From a virus (Duplodnaviria; Heunggongvirae; Uroviricota; Caudoviricetes): a stretch of 20,958 nucleotides of DNA. Of this stretch, positions 1 to 9,183 are shown in pieces. Location of the stretch: the IMG/VR virus record IMGVR_UViG_2703718839_000004, positions 1-20,958 of that record. One strand, given 5' to 3'. Position numbers and translations under genes: made by a program. Within the stretch, counting starts at the first letter, position 1. The number at the start of each line of letters is the position of its first letter. The notes beneath the pieces are model-generated. The model saw nothing but the letters and a program-made list of their open reading frames with translations, was not told where the DNA came from and did not search any database.

Positions 1-1
1 C

Positions 2-27
2 TTCTCCCAAACCAACGTTTATGAAAA
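2..27. other. gix/cix/hix-type DNA-inversion crossover site (edge of an invertible segment lying upstream of the window)
   Basis: TTCTCCCAAACCAACGTTTATGAAAA fits the Gin/Hin/Cin/Pin crossover consensus TTnTCnnAAACCnnGGTTTnnGAnAA (recalled from memory) at 17 of 18 defined positions; it sits ~55 bp upstream of the invertase gene, as gixR does relative to gin in Mu. Confidence 0.7.
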
Positions 28-82
28 TGCAGAGATAACGGCTAACTGGCATCATCTCCGGTTTTTATTCAGGGGGATGATC

Positions 83-649
83 ATGCTTATTGGCTATGTA
101 CGCGTGTCAACAAATGACCAGAACACCGATTTGCAACGCAATGCACTGAACTGTGCGGGATGTGAGCGGATTTTTGAGGATAAAATCAGTGGCACCAAGT
201 CCGACAGACCGGGGCTGAAAAAGCTGCTCAGGACACTATCGGCAGGAGACACGCTGGTTGTCTGGAAGCTGGACAGACTGGGGCGCAGTATGCGGCATCT
301 TGTTACGCTGATAGAAGAGCTGCGCCAGCGTGGCGTGAATTTCCGAAGCCTGACTGACAGTATTGATACCAGCACCCCAATGGGCCGTTTCTTTTTTCAT
401 GTCATGGGTGCCCTGGCTGAAATGGAACGCGAACTGATAGTTGAACGTACCAGGGCGGGGCTGGCTGCAGCTCGTGCTAAAGGCAGAGTAGGTGGACGCC
501 GTCCTAAGTTGACCAGCGAACAGTGGGCACAGATTGGGCGTTTACTCGAGGCCGGAGAATCAAGACAGCGTATTGCACTGATTTTTGATGTAGGCGTTTC
601 TACCATTTATCGAAAATTTCCGGCAAACAAGAACAATAAATCTCCCTGA
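83..649 (+). CDS. Serine DNA invertase, Gin/Pin/Cin/Hin family (tail-fibre host-range switch recombinase)
   Basis: Translation MLIGYVRVSTNDQNTDLQRNAL...VVWKLDRLGRSM...SIDTSTPMGRFFFHVMGALAEMERELI is near-colinear with Gin/Hin as I recall them, including the catalytic Ser in the VRVST motif. Start moved from 77 to the ATG at 83 because GGGGGA at 72-77 gives proper SD spacing only for that codon. Confidence 0.9.
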   Translation: MLIGYVRVSTNDQNTDLQRNALNCAGCERIFEDKISGTKSDRPGLKKLLRTLSAGDTLVVWKLDRLGRSMRHLVTLIEELRQRGVNFRSLTDSIDTSTPMGRFFFHVMGALAEMERELIVERTRAGLAAARAKGRVGGRRPKLTSEQWAQIGRLLEAGESRQRIALIFDVGVSTIYRKFPANKNNKSP

Positions 650-697
650 ATCAGCTTTATTTTGATTATCCCTGAAAGCAGACAAATACCGTCATTT

Positions 698-715
698 TGT
701 GTGAATAACGGTACA
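698..715 (+). promoter_or_regulatory. Candidate Ogr-dependent P2-type late promoter element (TGT-N12-ACA dyad) upstream of FI
   Basis: TGTgtgaataacggtACA at 698-715 matches the TGT-N12-ACA activator-binding dyad of P2/P4 late promoters; located ~80-95 bp upstream of the FI start. Exact -10 and transcription start not resolved. Confidence 0.45.
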
Positions 716-791
716 ACTGCGTTTAGCTGTTTGTCAGGCACAATCACTTCAACATAGGGCGAAGCCTAATCCAATCAGGAGGTTCGCCACT

Positions 792-1964
792 ATGGCTCAG
801 GATTACCACCACGGGGTGCGCGTTGTTGAAGTCAACGAAGGCACCCGATCCATTACCACGGTGAGCACCGCCATCGTGGGTATGGTCTGCACGGGCGATG
901 ATGCCGATGCAAAAATGTTTCCTCTTAATAAACCTGTGCTGATCACTGATGTGCTGACCGCCAGCGGTAAAGCGGGTGAGTCTGGCACGCTGGCCCGTTC
1001 GCTGGATGCCATCGCTGACCAGGCAAAACCCGTGACCGTTGTTGTGCGTGTGCCGCAGGGTGAAACGGAAGAAGAAACCACAACCAATATCATTGGCGCA
1101 GTGACCGCCGAGGGTAAAAAAACAGGTATGAAAGCCCTGTTATCTGCCCAGTCACAGCTCGGCGTTAAACCGCGCATTCTCGGCGTGCCAGGTCACGACA
1201 CGAAGGCGGTAGCTACTGAGTTGCTGAGCGTGGCGCAAAGCCTGCGTGGATTTGCTTACCTGTCAGCGTATGGTTGCAAGACGGTGCAGGAAGCAATCAC
1301 TTACCGTGAAAACTTCAGTCAGCGTGAAGGAATGCTGATCTGGCCCGACTTTACTGGCTGGGACACGGTGCTGAATGCCGAAGCAACGGCTTATGCCACC
1401 GCCCGTGCGCTCGGTCTGCGCGCTAAAATTGATGAGCAGACCGGATGGCACAAAAGCCTGTCCAACGTGGGCGTGAACGGTGTCACCGGAATTTCTGCTG
1501 ATGTGTTCTGGGATCTGCAGGACCCGGCAACCGATGCAGGTCTGCTTAACCAGAACGATATCACCACGCTTATCCGCAAAGACGGTTTCCGCTTCTGGGG
1601 TTCCCGCTGTCTGAGCGATGATCCGCTCTTTGCCTTCGAAAACTACACCCGCACGGCGCAGGTGCTGATGGACACGATGGCAGAAGCGCACATGTGGGCG
1701 GTGGACAAACCGCTGAACCCGTCGCTGGCCCGCGACATTATCGAAGGTATCCGCGCCAAAATGCGTAGCCTGGTCAGTCAGGGCTATCTCATTGGTGGTG
1801 ATTGCTGGCTGGACGAGTCGGTGAACGATAAAGACACGCTGAAAGCCGGGAAGCTCACCATCGATTACGACTACACGCCAGTGCCGCCACTTGAAAACCT
1901 GATGCTGCGTCAGCGCATCACCGATCAGTACCTGGTGAATTTCTCCAGCCAGGTCAGCGCGTAA
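792..1964 (+). CDS. FI: P2-like contractile tail sheath protein (gpFI)
   Basis: 390-aa ORF with AGGAGG SD 7 nt upstream; N-terminus [19 protein letters not shown]... and motifs [56 protein letters not shown] match P2 FI as recalled. Confidence 0.95.
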   Translation: MAQDYHHGVRVVEVNEGTRSITTVSTAIVGMVCTGDDADAKMFPLNKPVLITDVLTASGKAGESGTLARSLDAIADQAKPVTVVVRVPQGETEEETTTNIIGAVTAEGKKTGMKALLSAQSQLGVKPRILGVPGHDTKAVATELLSVAQSLRGFAYLSAYGCKTVQEAITYRENFSQREGMLIWPDFTGWDTVLNAEATAYATARALGLRAKIDEQTGWHKSLSNVGVNGVTGISADVFWDLQDPATDAGLLNQNDITTLIRKDGFRFWGSRCLSDDPLFAFENYTRTAQVLMDTMAEAHMWAVDKPLNPSLARDIIEGIRAKMRSLVSQGYLIGGDCWLDESVNDKDTLKAGKLTIDYDYTPVPPLENLMLRQRITDQYLVNFSSQVSA

Positions 1965-1973
1965 GGGGACAAC

Positions 1974-2489
1974 ATGGCTTTACCACGCAAATTAAAACAC
2001 CTGAACCTGTTTAACGACGGGAACAACTGGCAGGGGATCGTTGAGTCGCTGACGCTGCCGAAATTCACCCGCAAATATGAGAAGTATCGCGGCGGCGGTA
2101 TGCCCGGAGCGGTGGATGTGGATCTGGGACTGGATGACAGTGCACTGGATACAGAATTTTCCATTGGTGGTACTGAACTGCTGCTGTTTAAGCAGATGGG
2201 CAAAGCCACGGTGGATGGCATCCAGCTGCGCTTTACCGGCTCTATTCAGCGTGACGATACCGGGGAAGTGCAGGCCGTGGAGCTTGTGGTGCGTGGACGT
2301 CACAAAGAAGTAGATTCCGGCGAGTGGAAGACGGGCGAAAGCAACACTACCAAAGTGACCAGTACCAACAGCTACGCGAAGCTGACCATCAATGGTGAGG
2401 TGCTCTATGAAGTGGACCTGATCAACATGGTGGAAATTGTGGACGGTGTGGACCTGATGGAAGCGCACCGCAACGCCCTCGGCCTCTGA
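1974..2489 (+). CDS. FII: P2-like tail tube protein (gpFII)
   Basis: 171-aa ORF directly after FI with AAGGGGA SD; MALPRKLKHLNLFNDGNNWQG... is typical of P2 FII; conserved position between sheath and E. Confidence 0.92.
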   Translation: MALPRKLKHLNLFNDGNNWQGIVESLTLPKFTRKYEKYRGGGMPGAVDVDLGLDDSALDTEFSIGGTELLLFKQMGKATVDGIQLRFTGSIQRDDTGEVQAVELVVRGRHKEVDSGEWKTGESNTTKVTSTNSYAKLTINGEVLYEVDLINMVEIVDGVDLMEAHRNALGL

Positions 2490-2543
2490 TGTATCTGAAC
2501 GGCGCGGAATGCCGCGCCAGAACCTAATTTACAGGACAACAAA

Positions 2544-2846
2544 ATGAGCGATAAGCAGACTGAAAAGACCATTCAACTGGATACTCCCATCATGCGCGGT
2601 AAAACAGAAATTACCGAAATTGTGTTGCGTAAACCGCAGTCCGGTGCGCTGCGCGGCACACGCCTGCAGGCCATTATGGATATGGATGTGAACGCGATGA
2701 TGACCGTGATCCCCCGCATCTCCAGTCCGGCACTGACTGCACAGGAAATTGCAGAGATGGACCCGGCAGATCTCACTGCCATGTCGGTTGAGGTTGTCAC
2801 TTTTTTGTTGAAGAAGTCGGTGCTTGCCGGTTTACCGACAGCCTGA
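2544..2846 (+). CDS. E: Tail assembly chaperone gpE (in-frame product)
   Basis: 100-aa ORF in the conserved P2 position between FII and T; contains the T TTT TTG slippery heptamer at 2801-2807. Confidence 0.85.
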   Translation: MSDKQTEKTIQLDTPIMRGKTEITEIVLRKPQSGALRGTRLQAIMDMDVNAMMTVIPRISSPALTAQEIAEMDPADLTAMSVEVVTFLLKKSVLAGLPTA

Positions 2847-2980
2847 CGGTTGACGATCTGGTGGCTGATATCGCCACCATCTTTCACTGGCCGCCATCCG
2901 TTACTGACGTTATGCCGCTGACCGAAGTGCTGGAATGGCGGTATAAAGCGATTCAGAGAAGCGGGGCCAGCCATGAGTGA
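2544..2980 (+). CDS. E': gpE+E' fusion made by programmed -1 ribosomal frameshift at TTTTTTG (2801-2807)
   Basis: After a -1 slip at 2801-2807 the reading frame stays open (…VEEVGACRFTDSLTVDDLVADIATIFHWPPSVTDVMPLTEVLEWRYKAIQRSGASHE) to the TGA at 2978-2980, overlapping the T start; this is the known P2 E/E+E' (lambda G/GT-like) arrangement. Confidence 0.7.
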
Positions 2981-5900
2981 CAATAACCTGCGTCTGCAGG
3001 TGATTCTTAATGCGGTTGACAAACTCACCCGCCCATTTCGATCCGCGCAGGCCAGTTCAAGAGAACTGGCTGCTGCTGTCAAAAAATCCCGCGATGCAAT
3101 AAAGCAGCTTGATCAGGCCGGGAGCAGTCTGGACAGCTTCCGAAAGCTGCAGGCAGAAAATCAGAAATTAGGCGACAGGCTGAACTATGCCCGCCAGCGT
3201 GCAAATTTGCTCAGTCAGGAACTGGGAGCGATGGGGCCGCCTTCGCAACGTCAGGTTGTTGCTCTGGGCCGTCAACGGCTGGCTGTTCAGCGCCTGGAAG
3301 AACGCCAGAAAAAGCTGCAGCAGCAGACGGCGCTTGTGCGTGCAGAACTTTATCGTGCTGGTATTTCAGCTAATGATGGCGCCAGTGCGACGGCCCGCAT
3401 TACCCGTGAAACGATGCGTTATAACAGGCAGCTTTCTGAGCAGGAAGCGAGGTTACGACGTGTCGGGGAGCAACAGCGAAAAATGCACGCCGCCCGGGGG
3501 GCTTACGCCAGGCGTCTTGAGGTAAGGGATCGTATTGCAGGTGCCGGAGCCACCACCACGGCTGCAGGGCTGGCAATGGGCGCACCAGTGATGGCGGCAG
3601 TAAAAAGCTATACCAGCATGGAAGATGCCATGAAAGGTGTGGCAAAGCAGGTCAATGGTCTGCGTGACGATAATGGCAACCGCACTGCGCGTTTTTACGA
3701 AATGCAGGGTGCCATCAAGGCTGCCAGCGAACAGTTGCCGATGGAAAACGGTGCTGTGGACTTCGCCGCACTGGTTGAAGGTGGTGCGCGCATGAACGTC
3801 GCAAACCCTGACGACAGCTGGGAAGACCAGAAACGTGACCTGCTGGCCTTCGCCAGCACGGCGGCAAAGGCGGCAACAGCCTTTGAACTGCCAGCGGATG
3901 AACTGTCAGAAAGTCTGGGGAAAATCGCCCAGCTCTACAAAATCCCTACCCGCAATATTGAGCAGCTCGGTGATGCGCTGAACTATCTGGATGATAACGC
4001 CATGTCGAAAGGGGCGGACATCATTGATGTCATGCAACGCCTGGGCGGTGTGGCTGACCGTCTGGATTATCGTAAAGCGGCGGCGCTGGGTTCCACCTTC
4101 CTGACACTCGGCGCTGCGCCTGAGGTTGCAGCCAGTGCAGCAAACGCGATGGTGCGTGAATTGTCCATTGCCACCATGCAAAGCAAGAGTTTCTTTGAAG
4201 GGATGAATCTGCTGAAACTCAATCCAGAAGTGATTGAAAAGCAGATGACGAAGGATGCGATGGGAACTATCCAGCGCGTGCTGGAGAAGGTGAATGCGCT
4301 GCCACAGGATAAGCGCCTGTCTGCCATGACCATGTTGTTTGGTAAAGAGTTTGGCGATGACGCAGCGAAACTGGCAAACAACCTGCCGGAACTTCAGCGC
4401 CAGTTAAAACTGACAGCGGGCAATGATGCGCTCGGTTCCATGCAGAAAGAATCCGACATCAACAAGGATTCACTTTCTGCTCAGTGGTTGCTGGTCAAAA
4501 CCGGAGCACAGAACACCTTCAGCAGCCTGGGGGAAACGCTGCGCCAGCCGCTGATGGATATTCTGTACACGGTGAAAAGCGTCACGGGGGCGTTGCGTCG
4601 CTGGGTGGAAGCTAACCCGGAACTGACGGGCACTCTGATGAAAGTAGCCGCTGTGGTAGCTGCCGTTACCGTGGGCCTCGGCACCTTAGCGGTGGCGCTG
4701 GCTGCAGTGCTGGGGCCGCTGGCAGTCATCCGTCTGGGATTCTCTGTGCTGGGTATCAAAACGTTACCTTCCGTTACGGCAGCAGTAACCCGAACCAGCA
4801 ACGCGTTGTCCTGGCTGGCTGGCGCACCACTGGCACTGCTGCGACGCGGGCTTGCTTCATCGGGCAACGCTGCAGGTTTACTTACTGCGCCGTTGTCGTC
4901 TTTGCGCCGCACGGCATCACTGACGGGAAATGTCCTGAAAACTGTAGCAGGTGCGCCGGTTGCACTTTTGCGGTCTGGATTATCCGGTTTACGTGCGGTT
5001 GCTGTGATGTTTATGAATCCACTGGCGGTACTACGCGGCGGACTGGCTGCCACAGGCACGGTGCTGCGTATGCTCGCATCCGGTCCACTGGCGATGCTGC
5101 GCGTTGCCCTGTATGCCGTCTCTGGTCTGTTAGGTGCTCTGCTCAGTCCGATAGGTCTTGTGGTTACTGCACTGGCGGGTGTGGCGCTGGTTGTCTGGAA
5201 ATACTGGCAGCCCATCACCGCATTTCTCGGTGGCGTGGTGGAAGGATTCAAAGCGGCGGCAGGTCCTGTCAGTGCCGCGTTCGAACCGCTTAAGCCTGTG
5301 TTCCAGTGGATTGGCGACAAAGTACAGGCGCTGTGGGGCTGGTTTACTGATCTGCTGACGCCCGTTAAGTCGACCTCTGCCGAACTGCAGAGTGCAGCGG
5401 CAATGGGGCGACGATTCGGGGAGGCTCTGGCGGAAGGGCTGAATATGGTCATGCATCCGCTGGACTCCCTGAAATCCGGCGTTTCCTGGTTGCTGGAGAA
5501 ACTTGGCATTGTCAGTAAAGAGGCCGCAAAGGCGAAACTGCCGGAAAGCGTGACGCGTCAGCAACCTGCGACGGTGAATGCAGACGGTAAAGTGATGATG
5601 CCATCGGGTGGTTTTCCGTCATGGGGATATGGCTTTGCGGGGATGTATGACAGCGGCGGGTATATCCCGCGCGGGCAGTTTGGCATCGTCGGTGAAAACG
5701 GGCCGGAAATTGTTAACGGCCCGGCAAATGTGACCAGCCGGAGAAATACAGCTGCACTGGCTGCCGTTGTTGCCGGAATGATGGGTGTTGCTGCTACGCC
5801 AGCAGAGCTTCCACCGTTGCACCCTTTGGCACTTCCCGCGAAAGGCGGTGAAGCGATGGTGAGTCGTGCAGCCACTGTGCTGCCCGTTCAACGGATTGAG

Positions 5901-6050
5901 GCACCGATGCAGATCATCATTCAGACGCAGCCAGGACAAAGTGCGCAGGATATTGCGCGGGAGGTGGCCCGCCAGCTTGATGAACGTGAACGCAGGCTGA
6001 AGGCAAAAGCCAGGAGTAACTACAGCGATCAGGGGGGATACGACGCATGA
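2973..6050 (+). CDS. T: Tail tape measure protein (gpT)
   Basis: 1025-aa ORF, coiled-coil-rich N-terminal half, hydrophobic Ala/Gly/Leu-rich middle, canonical position after E/E'. Confidence 0.9.
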   Translation: MSDNNLRLQVILNAVDKLTRPFRSAQASSRELAAAVKKSRDAIKQLDQAGSSLDSFRKLQAENQKLGDRLNYARQRANLLSQELGAMGPPSQRQVVALGRQRLAVQRLEERQKKLQQQTALVRAELYRAGISANDGASATARITRETMRYNRQLSEQEARLRRVGEQQRKMHAARGAYARRLEVRDRIAGAGATTTAAGLAMGAPVMAAVKSYTSMEDAMKGVAKQVNGLRDDNGNRTARFYEMQGAIKAASEQLPMENGAVDFAALVEGGARMNVANPDDSWEDQKRDLLAFASTAAKAATAFELPADELSESLGKIAQLYKIPTRNIEQLGDALNYLDDNAMSKGADIIDVMQRLGGVADRLDYRKAAALGSTFLTLGAAPEVAASAANAMVRELSIATMQSKSFFEGMNLLKLNPEVIEKQMTKDAMGTIQRVLEKVNALPQDKRLSAMTMLFGKEFGDDAAKLANNLPELQRQLKLTAGNDALGSMQKESDINKDSLSAQWLLVKTGAQNTFSSLGETLRQPLMDILYTVKSVTGALRRWVEANPELTGTLMKVAAVVAAVTVGLGTLAVALAAVLGPLAVIRLGFSVLGIKTLPSVTAAVTRTSNALSWLAGAPLALLRRGLASSGNAAGLLTAPLSSLRRTASLTGNVLKTVAGAPVALLRSGLSGLRAVAVMFMNPLAVLRGGLAATGTVLRMLASGPLAMLRVALYAVSGLLGALLSPIGLVVTALAGVALVVWKYWQPITAFLGGVVEGFKAAAGPVSAAFEPLKPVFQWIGDKVQALWGWFTDLLTPVKSTSAELQSAAAMGRRFGEALAEGLNMVMHPLDSLKSGVSWLLEKLGIVSKEAAKAKLPESVTRQQPATVNADGKVMMPSGGFPSWGYGFAGMYDSGGYIPRGQFGIVGENGPEIVNGPANVTSRRNTAALAAVVAGMMGVAATPAELPPLHPLALPAKGGEAMVSRAATVLPVQRIEAPMQIIIQTQPGQSAQDIAREVARQLDERERRLKAKARSNYSDQGGYDA

Positions 6051-6532
6051 TGATGGTGCTGGGATTGTACGTGTTTATGCTGCGCACCGTGCCGTATCAG
6101 GAGCTGCAGTATCAACGCAGCTGGCGACATGCGGCAAACAGCCGGGTAAACCGACGCCCGTCAACGCAGTTTCTGGGACCGGACAACGACATGCTGACGC
6201 TTTCTGGTGTTCTTATGCCGGAGGTAACGGGCGGCAGGCTGTCGTTGCTGGCTCTGGAGCAGATGGCAGAACAGGGAAAAGCATGGCCCCTGATTGAAGG
6301 CAGCGGCACGATTTACGGCATGTATGTGATTGAGGGACTGAATCAGACTAAAACGGAGTTTTTCCGCGACGGTATGCCGCGCCGGATTGAGTTCACCCTG
6401 TCGCTAAAACGCGTGGATGAATCCCTGTCCGATATGTTCGGTGATCTCAGTGCGCAACTGAATAATCTGCAGGGAACGGCAACATCTGCCTTAAGCGATA
6501 TCAGTAAAACGGTGGGAGGGCTGCTGTCGTGA
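6047..6532 (+). CDS. U: P2-like tail protein gpU
   Basis: 161-aa ORF overlapping the T stop (ATGA); sequence and position match P2 U. Confidence 0.88.
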   Translation: MMMVLGLYVFMLRTVPYQELQYQRSWRHAANSRVNRRPSTQFLGPDNDMLTLSGVLMPEVTGGRLSLLALEQMAEQGKAWPLIEGSGTIYGMYVIEGLNQTKTEFFRDGMPRRIEFTLSLKRVDESLSDMFGDLSAQLNNLQGTATSALSDISKTVGGLLS

Positions 6533-7629
6533 ATTTCAGCTCTGAACTGCTTAACAAAGGCAACAAAACTCCGGCATTCAGCATCAGTATTGAAGGCAGG
6601 GATATCACCACTGTGCTGGACAACCGCCTGATGGGGCTGACGCTGACGGATAACCGGGGCTTTGAAGCGGACCAGCTTGATCTGGAGCTGGACGACGCCG
6701 ATGGAAAAATCGTGCTGCCGCGCCGTGGGGCTGTCATTACGCTGGCGCTGGGCTGGAAGGGACAGCCGCTTTTCCCGAAAGGGGCATTCACGGTGGACGA
6801 GATTGAACACACTGGCGCACCGGATCGCCTGACTATCCGGGCGCGAAGTGCTGATTTTCGAGAAACGCTGAATACCCGCCGTGAAAAGTCGTGGCACAAG
6901 ACCACCGTTGGGGAAGTGGTGAAGGAAATAGCTGCGCGGCACAAACTGAAGATGGCATTGGGTGAAGACTTGTCGGATAAACTCGTGGAGCATATAGACC
7001 AGACTAATGAGAGTGACGGCAGTTTTTTGATGCGGCTGGCGCGCCAGTACGGTGCTATTGCGTCGGTGAAAAATGGCAATCTGTTATTCATCCGGCAGGG
7101 GCAGGGTAAAAGCGCCAGCGGTAAACCACTACCGGTGATCACTATCACACGCAAGGACGGCGACAGTCACCGCTTTACCCTGGCAGATCGCGGAGCTTAC
7201 ACGGGCGTCATTGCCAGCTGGTTGCATACCCGCGAACCCGCGAAGAAAGAAAGCACCACGGTGAAGCGTAAGCGCAGGACTAAGAAGCAGAAGAAAGAGC
7301 CGGAAGCGAAGCAGGGCGATTACCTGGTGGGTACGGATGAAAACGTGCTGGTACTTAATCGCACTTATGCCAACCGGAGCAACGCCGAACGGGCAGCGAA
7401 AATGCAGTGGGAACGCCTGCAACGCGGCGTTGCATCATTCTCGCTACAACTGGCGGAAGGGCGGGCAGATCTCTACACAGAAATGCCTGTGAAGGTCAGT
7501 GGCTTTAAACAGCCGATAGATGATGCGGAATGGACCATTACGACTCTGACGCATACCGTCAGCCCGGATAACGGTTTTACGACCAGTCTGGAGCTTGAAG
7601 TGAGGATTGATGATTTCGAAATGGAATGA
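6529..7629 (+). CDS. D: P2-like tail protein gpD (late control gene D)
   Basis: 366-aa ORF with GTG start overlapping the U stop (GTGA); basic KKESTTVKRKRRTKKQKKEPEAK stretch and overall architecture as in P2 D. Confidence 0.88.
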   Translation: MNFSSELLNKGNKTPAFSISIEGRDITTVLDNRLMGLTLTDNRGFEADQLDLELDDADGKIVLPRRGAVITLALGWKGQPLFPKGAFTVDEIEHTGAPDRLTIRARSADFRETLNTRREKSWHKTTVGEVVKEIAARHKLKMALGEDLSDKLVEHIDQTNESDGSFLMRLARQYGAIASVKNGNLLFIRQGQGKSASGKPLPVITITRKDGDSHRFTLADRGAYTGVIASWLHTREPAKKESTTVKRKRRTKKQKKEPEAKQGDYLVGTDENVLVLNRTYANRSNAERAAKMQWERLQRGVASFSLQLAEGRADLYTEMPVKVSGFKQPIDDAEWTITTLTHTVSPDNGFTTSLELEVRIDDFEME

Positions 7630-7719
7630 TTCTTCGCAATGGAGAACTTTTAAGTTTGCAAAATGGAATAATGCGGTATCATTATTGTGAATTTAGCAAA
7701 AATGGGGAGAACTCGAAAA

Positions 7720-7938
7720 ATGATGATTTGCCCACTGTGTGGAAGTGCCGCCCATACTCGCAGCAGTTTTCAGGTATCTTCATTGACCAAAGAGCGTTAC
7801 AACCAGTGCCAGAACATTAACTGCAGCCATACTTTTGTTACCCATGAAACTTTTGTTCGTTCGATTGCAACGCCAAAAGAGTCAAATCCGGTTCAGCCGC
7901 ATCCAATGAAATCAGGACAGGTGGCGCTCTCTCTTTGA
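7720..7938 (+). CDS. ogr: Ogr/Delta-family zinc-finger late transcription activator
   Basis: 72-aa product MMICPLCGSAAHTRSS...ERYNQCQNINCSHTF with the CxxC...CxxxxC zinc motif of P2 Ogr; GGAGA SD 9 nt upstream of the ATG at 7720. The longer ORF from 7687 was rejected. Confidence 0.85.
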   Translation: MMICPLCGSAAHTRSSFQVSSLTKERYNQCQNINCSHTFVTHETFVRSIATPKESNPVQPHPMKSGQVALSL

Positions 7939-8295
7939 CGCTGCCGCCATTTTGTCGCCATCGTTAAAAAACAGTGCTTCTAACATCATGATTTTAAAAG
8001 GCATAAATTTCAGGCAACAAAAAACCCATTTTTTTTGCATGATGTGACCACGCTCAACTTCAATCCTTCTGATGTCAGCTTTATCGGTATTACACTGCGC
8101 CAATGCAGACAACAAGGCGACATTCAGATCTAAGCTCGAGCCCCACGTAAAATGATCAGGTAAATCAGGCTGAGGGGTTTCAGCCGTCAGGCTGGCTGGT
8201 AACGGAACTACCGGAACCTGGACGTAAACTGTTCGCGTACTTCCGCAACCGGTCAGCAGCGGCAGCAGGCACAGGACGTGAAGCACAATCATCAT
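7912..8295 (-). CDS. Rz1-like o-spanin (outer-membrane lipoprotein), +1 frame, starting inside Rz and running past it
   Basis: MMIVLHVLCLLPLLTGCGSTRT carries a lipobox (LTGC) followed by a Pro-rich segment PVVPLPASLTAETPQPDLP; start 8295 lies inside the Rz gene. The 3' extent is uncertain: the last ~40 codons run through AT-rich sequence and overlap ogr convergently by 27 bp. Confidence 0.55.
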   Translation of the reverse strand: MMIVLHVLCLLPLLTGCGSTRTVYVQVPVVPLPASLTAETPQPDLPDHFTWGSSLDLNVALLSALAQCNTDKADIRRIEVERGHIMQKKWVFCCLKFMPFKIMMLEALFFNDGDKMAAASKRERHLS

Positions 8296-8572
8296 CCGCA
8301 ACAGCCACTTTGATATCTTCCTGGGTTCTCTGTGACTCCAGTGCGATCTGCTGTTTTGCATGTTGATTCGCCTCCTGAATGATGTTCGTTATTGCCATAG
8401 TACGCAGAACATTCGCGGTGATAGCCTCAGTAGAATCAGCTCGCTGTTCCGCAGCATCAGCACGCTTCTGCTCCTCCAGAAACTTTCCATGATAGTGATT
8501 CGCTGACCAGACAAGACCACCAGCGACACAAGCAATAAACGTTAAAATGAGCGCCCAATAACTCATCTTCAT
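8180..8572 (-). CDS. Rz-like i-spanin
   Basis: 130 aa with an N-terminal TM helix (YWALILTFIACVAGGLVW) and a charged coiled-coil-like periplasmic part; start overlaps the endolysin stop (ATGA); contains the embedded lipoprotein ORF. Confidence 0.7.
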   Translation of the reverse strand: MKMSYWALILTFIACVAGGLVWSANHYHGKFLEEQKRADAAEQRADSTEAITANVLRTMAITNIIQEANQHAKQQIALESQRTQEDIKVAVADDDCASRPVPAAAADRLRKYANSLRPGSGSSVTSQPDG

Positions 8573-9183
8573 ACCAGCAGCGCCGACCGCGCCTTGTTGT
8601 ATCGGACCTTACGATCCTCAATACCGTTCAAACCGCCGTTAATGATGCGCGTAACACGGTTAATATCGGCACCGTAGATCATGCAACCTTTAGAGGTGTA
8701 GAACCATGCAGCTGAGCGCGCAGCCTGTAGTTCCTGTTCCAGTTGTTCAGGTGAAGTCACCAGATCTAACTTCAGCGCCGCGCCACAGATGCGATAATTA
8801 TGGAGGCCAGTGATTTGAATTAATCCTCTACCACGATATTTCCAGCCATCACCTGGTGCTTTGTTACCCAGTCGGTTGCTATACACCAGATTGGCAATAG
8901 CATCCTGACGAGCTGCATGTCCGGATGTTCTGCCAAGGGCATCAGCCTGCTGCTGTGTGATCCTCTTTCCGAACGTCGCCACCAGCGCAGATGGTGTGTA
9001 GTTAAAATTTTCAACTACGGCGCTAAACCCCATCGACTCATGGCCTACCTGAGCGATAAACATTGCCTGATCCGCTGGTGCTGTAATGCCGAATTCCTTC
9101 ATCGCCGCATCAATGTGCGGAAACCAGCGCGCAGCCAGCCCGGCGCTAATACCAGCCGCCTTTTGAAATAATTGTTGGTTCAT
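8569..9183 (-). CDS. Endolysin, glycoside hydrolase family 19 (chitinase-like lysozyme)
   Basis: 204-aa protein with GH19-type motifs (AMFIAQVGHESMGF, YRGRGLIQITGLHNY) as I recognise them; start overlaps the upstream membrane-protein stop (TAATG). Confidence 0.85.
   Translation of the reverse strand: MNQQLFQKAAGISAGLAARWFPHIDAAMKEFGITAPADQAMFIAQVGHESMGFSAVVENFNYTPSALVATFGKRITQQQADALGRTSGHAARQDAIANLVYSNRLGNKAPGDGWKYRGRGLIQITGLHNYRICGAALKLDLVTSPEQLEQELQAARSAAWFYTSKGCMIYGADINRVTRIINGGLNGIEDRKVRYNKARSALLV

Noticed and set aside
94-1177. Antisense ORFs (94-375, 397-606, 803-1177) opposite the invertase and FI genes
   Set aside because: Shadow ORFs of confidently assigned genes; no SD and no plausible protein features.
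4481-5509. 342-aa antisense ORF (and other - strand ORFs at 3400-3645, 3906-4381, 5130-5939) inside the tape-measure gene
   Set aside because: Entirely embedded opposite a well-supported P2-like gene; products are low-complexity S/A/P/R-rich, as expected of shadow ORFs in GC-rich coding DNA.
7626-7820. 64-aa ORF and the longer 7687 start upstream of ogr
   Set aside because: The ATG at 7720 has a proper SD and yields a 72-aa Ogr-sized protein; the upstream extensions are frame artefacts through the D-ogr intergenic region.
8820-9171. Short ORFs (8820-9014 on -, 8917-9171 on +) overlapping the endolysin gene
   Set aside because: Embedded within or opposite the GH19 endolysin ORF, with no independent support.
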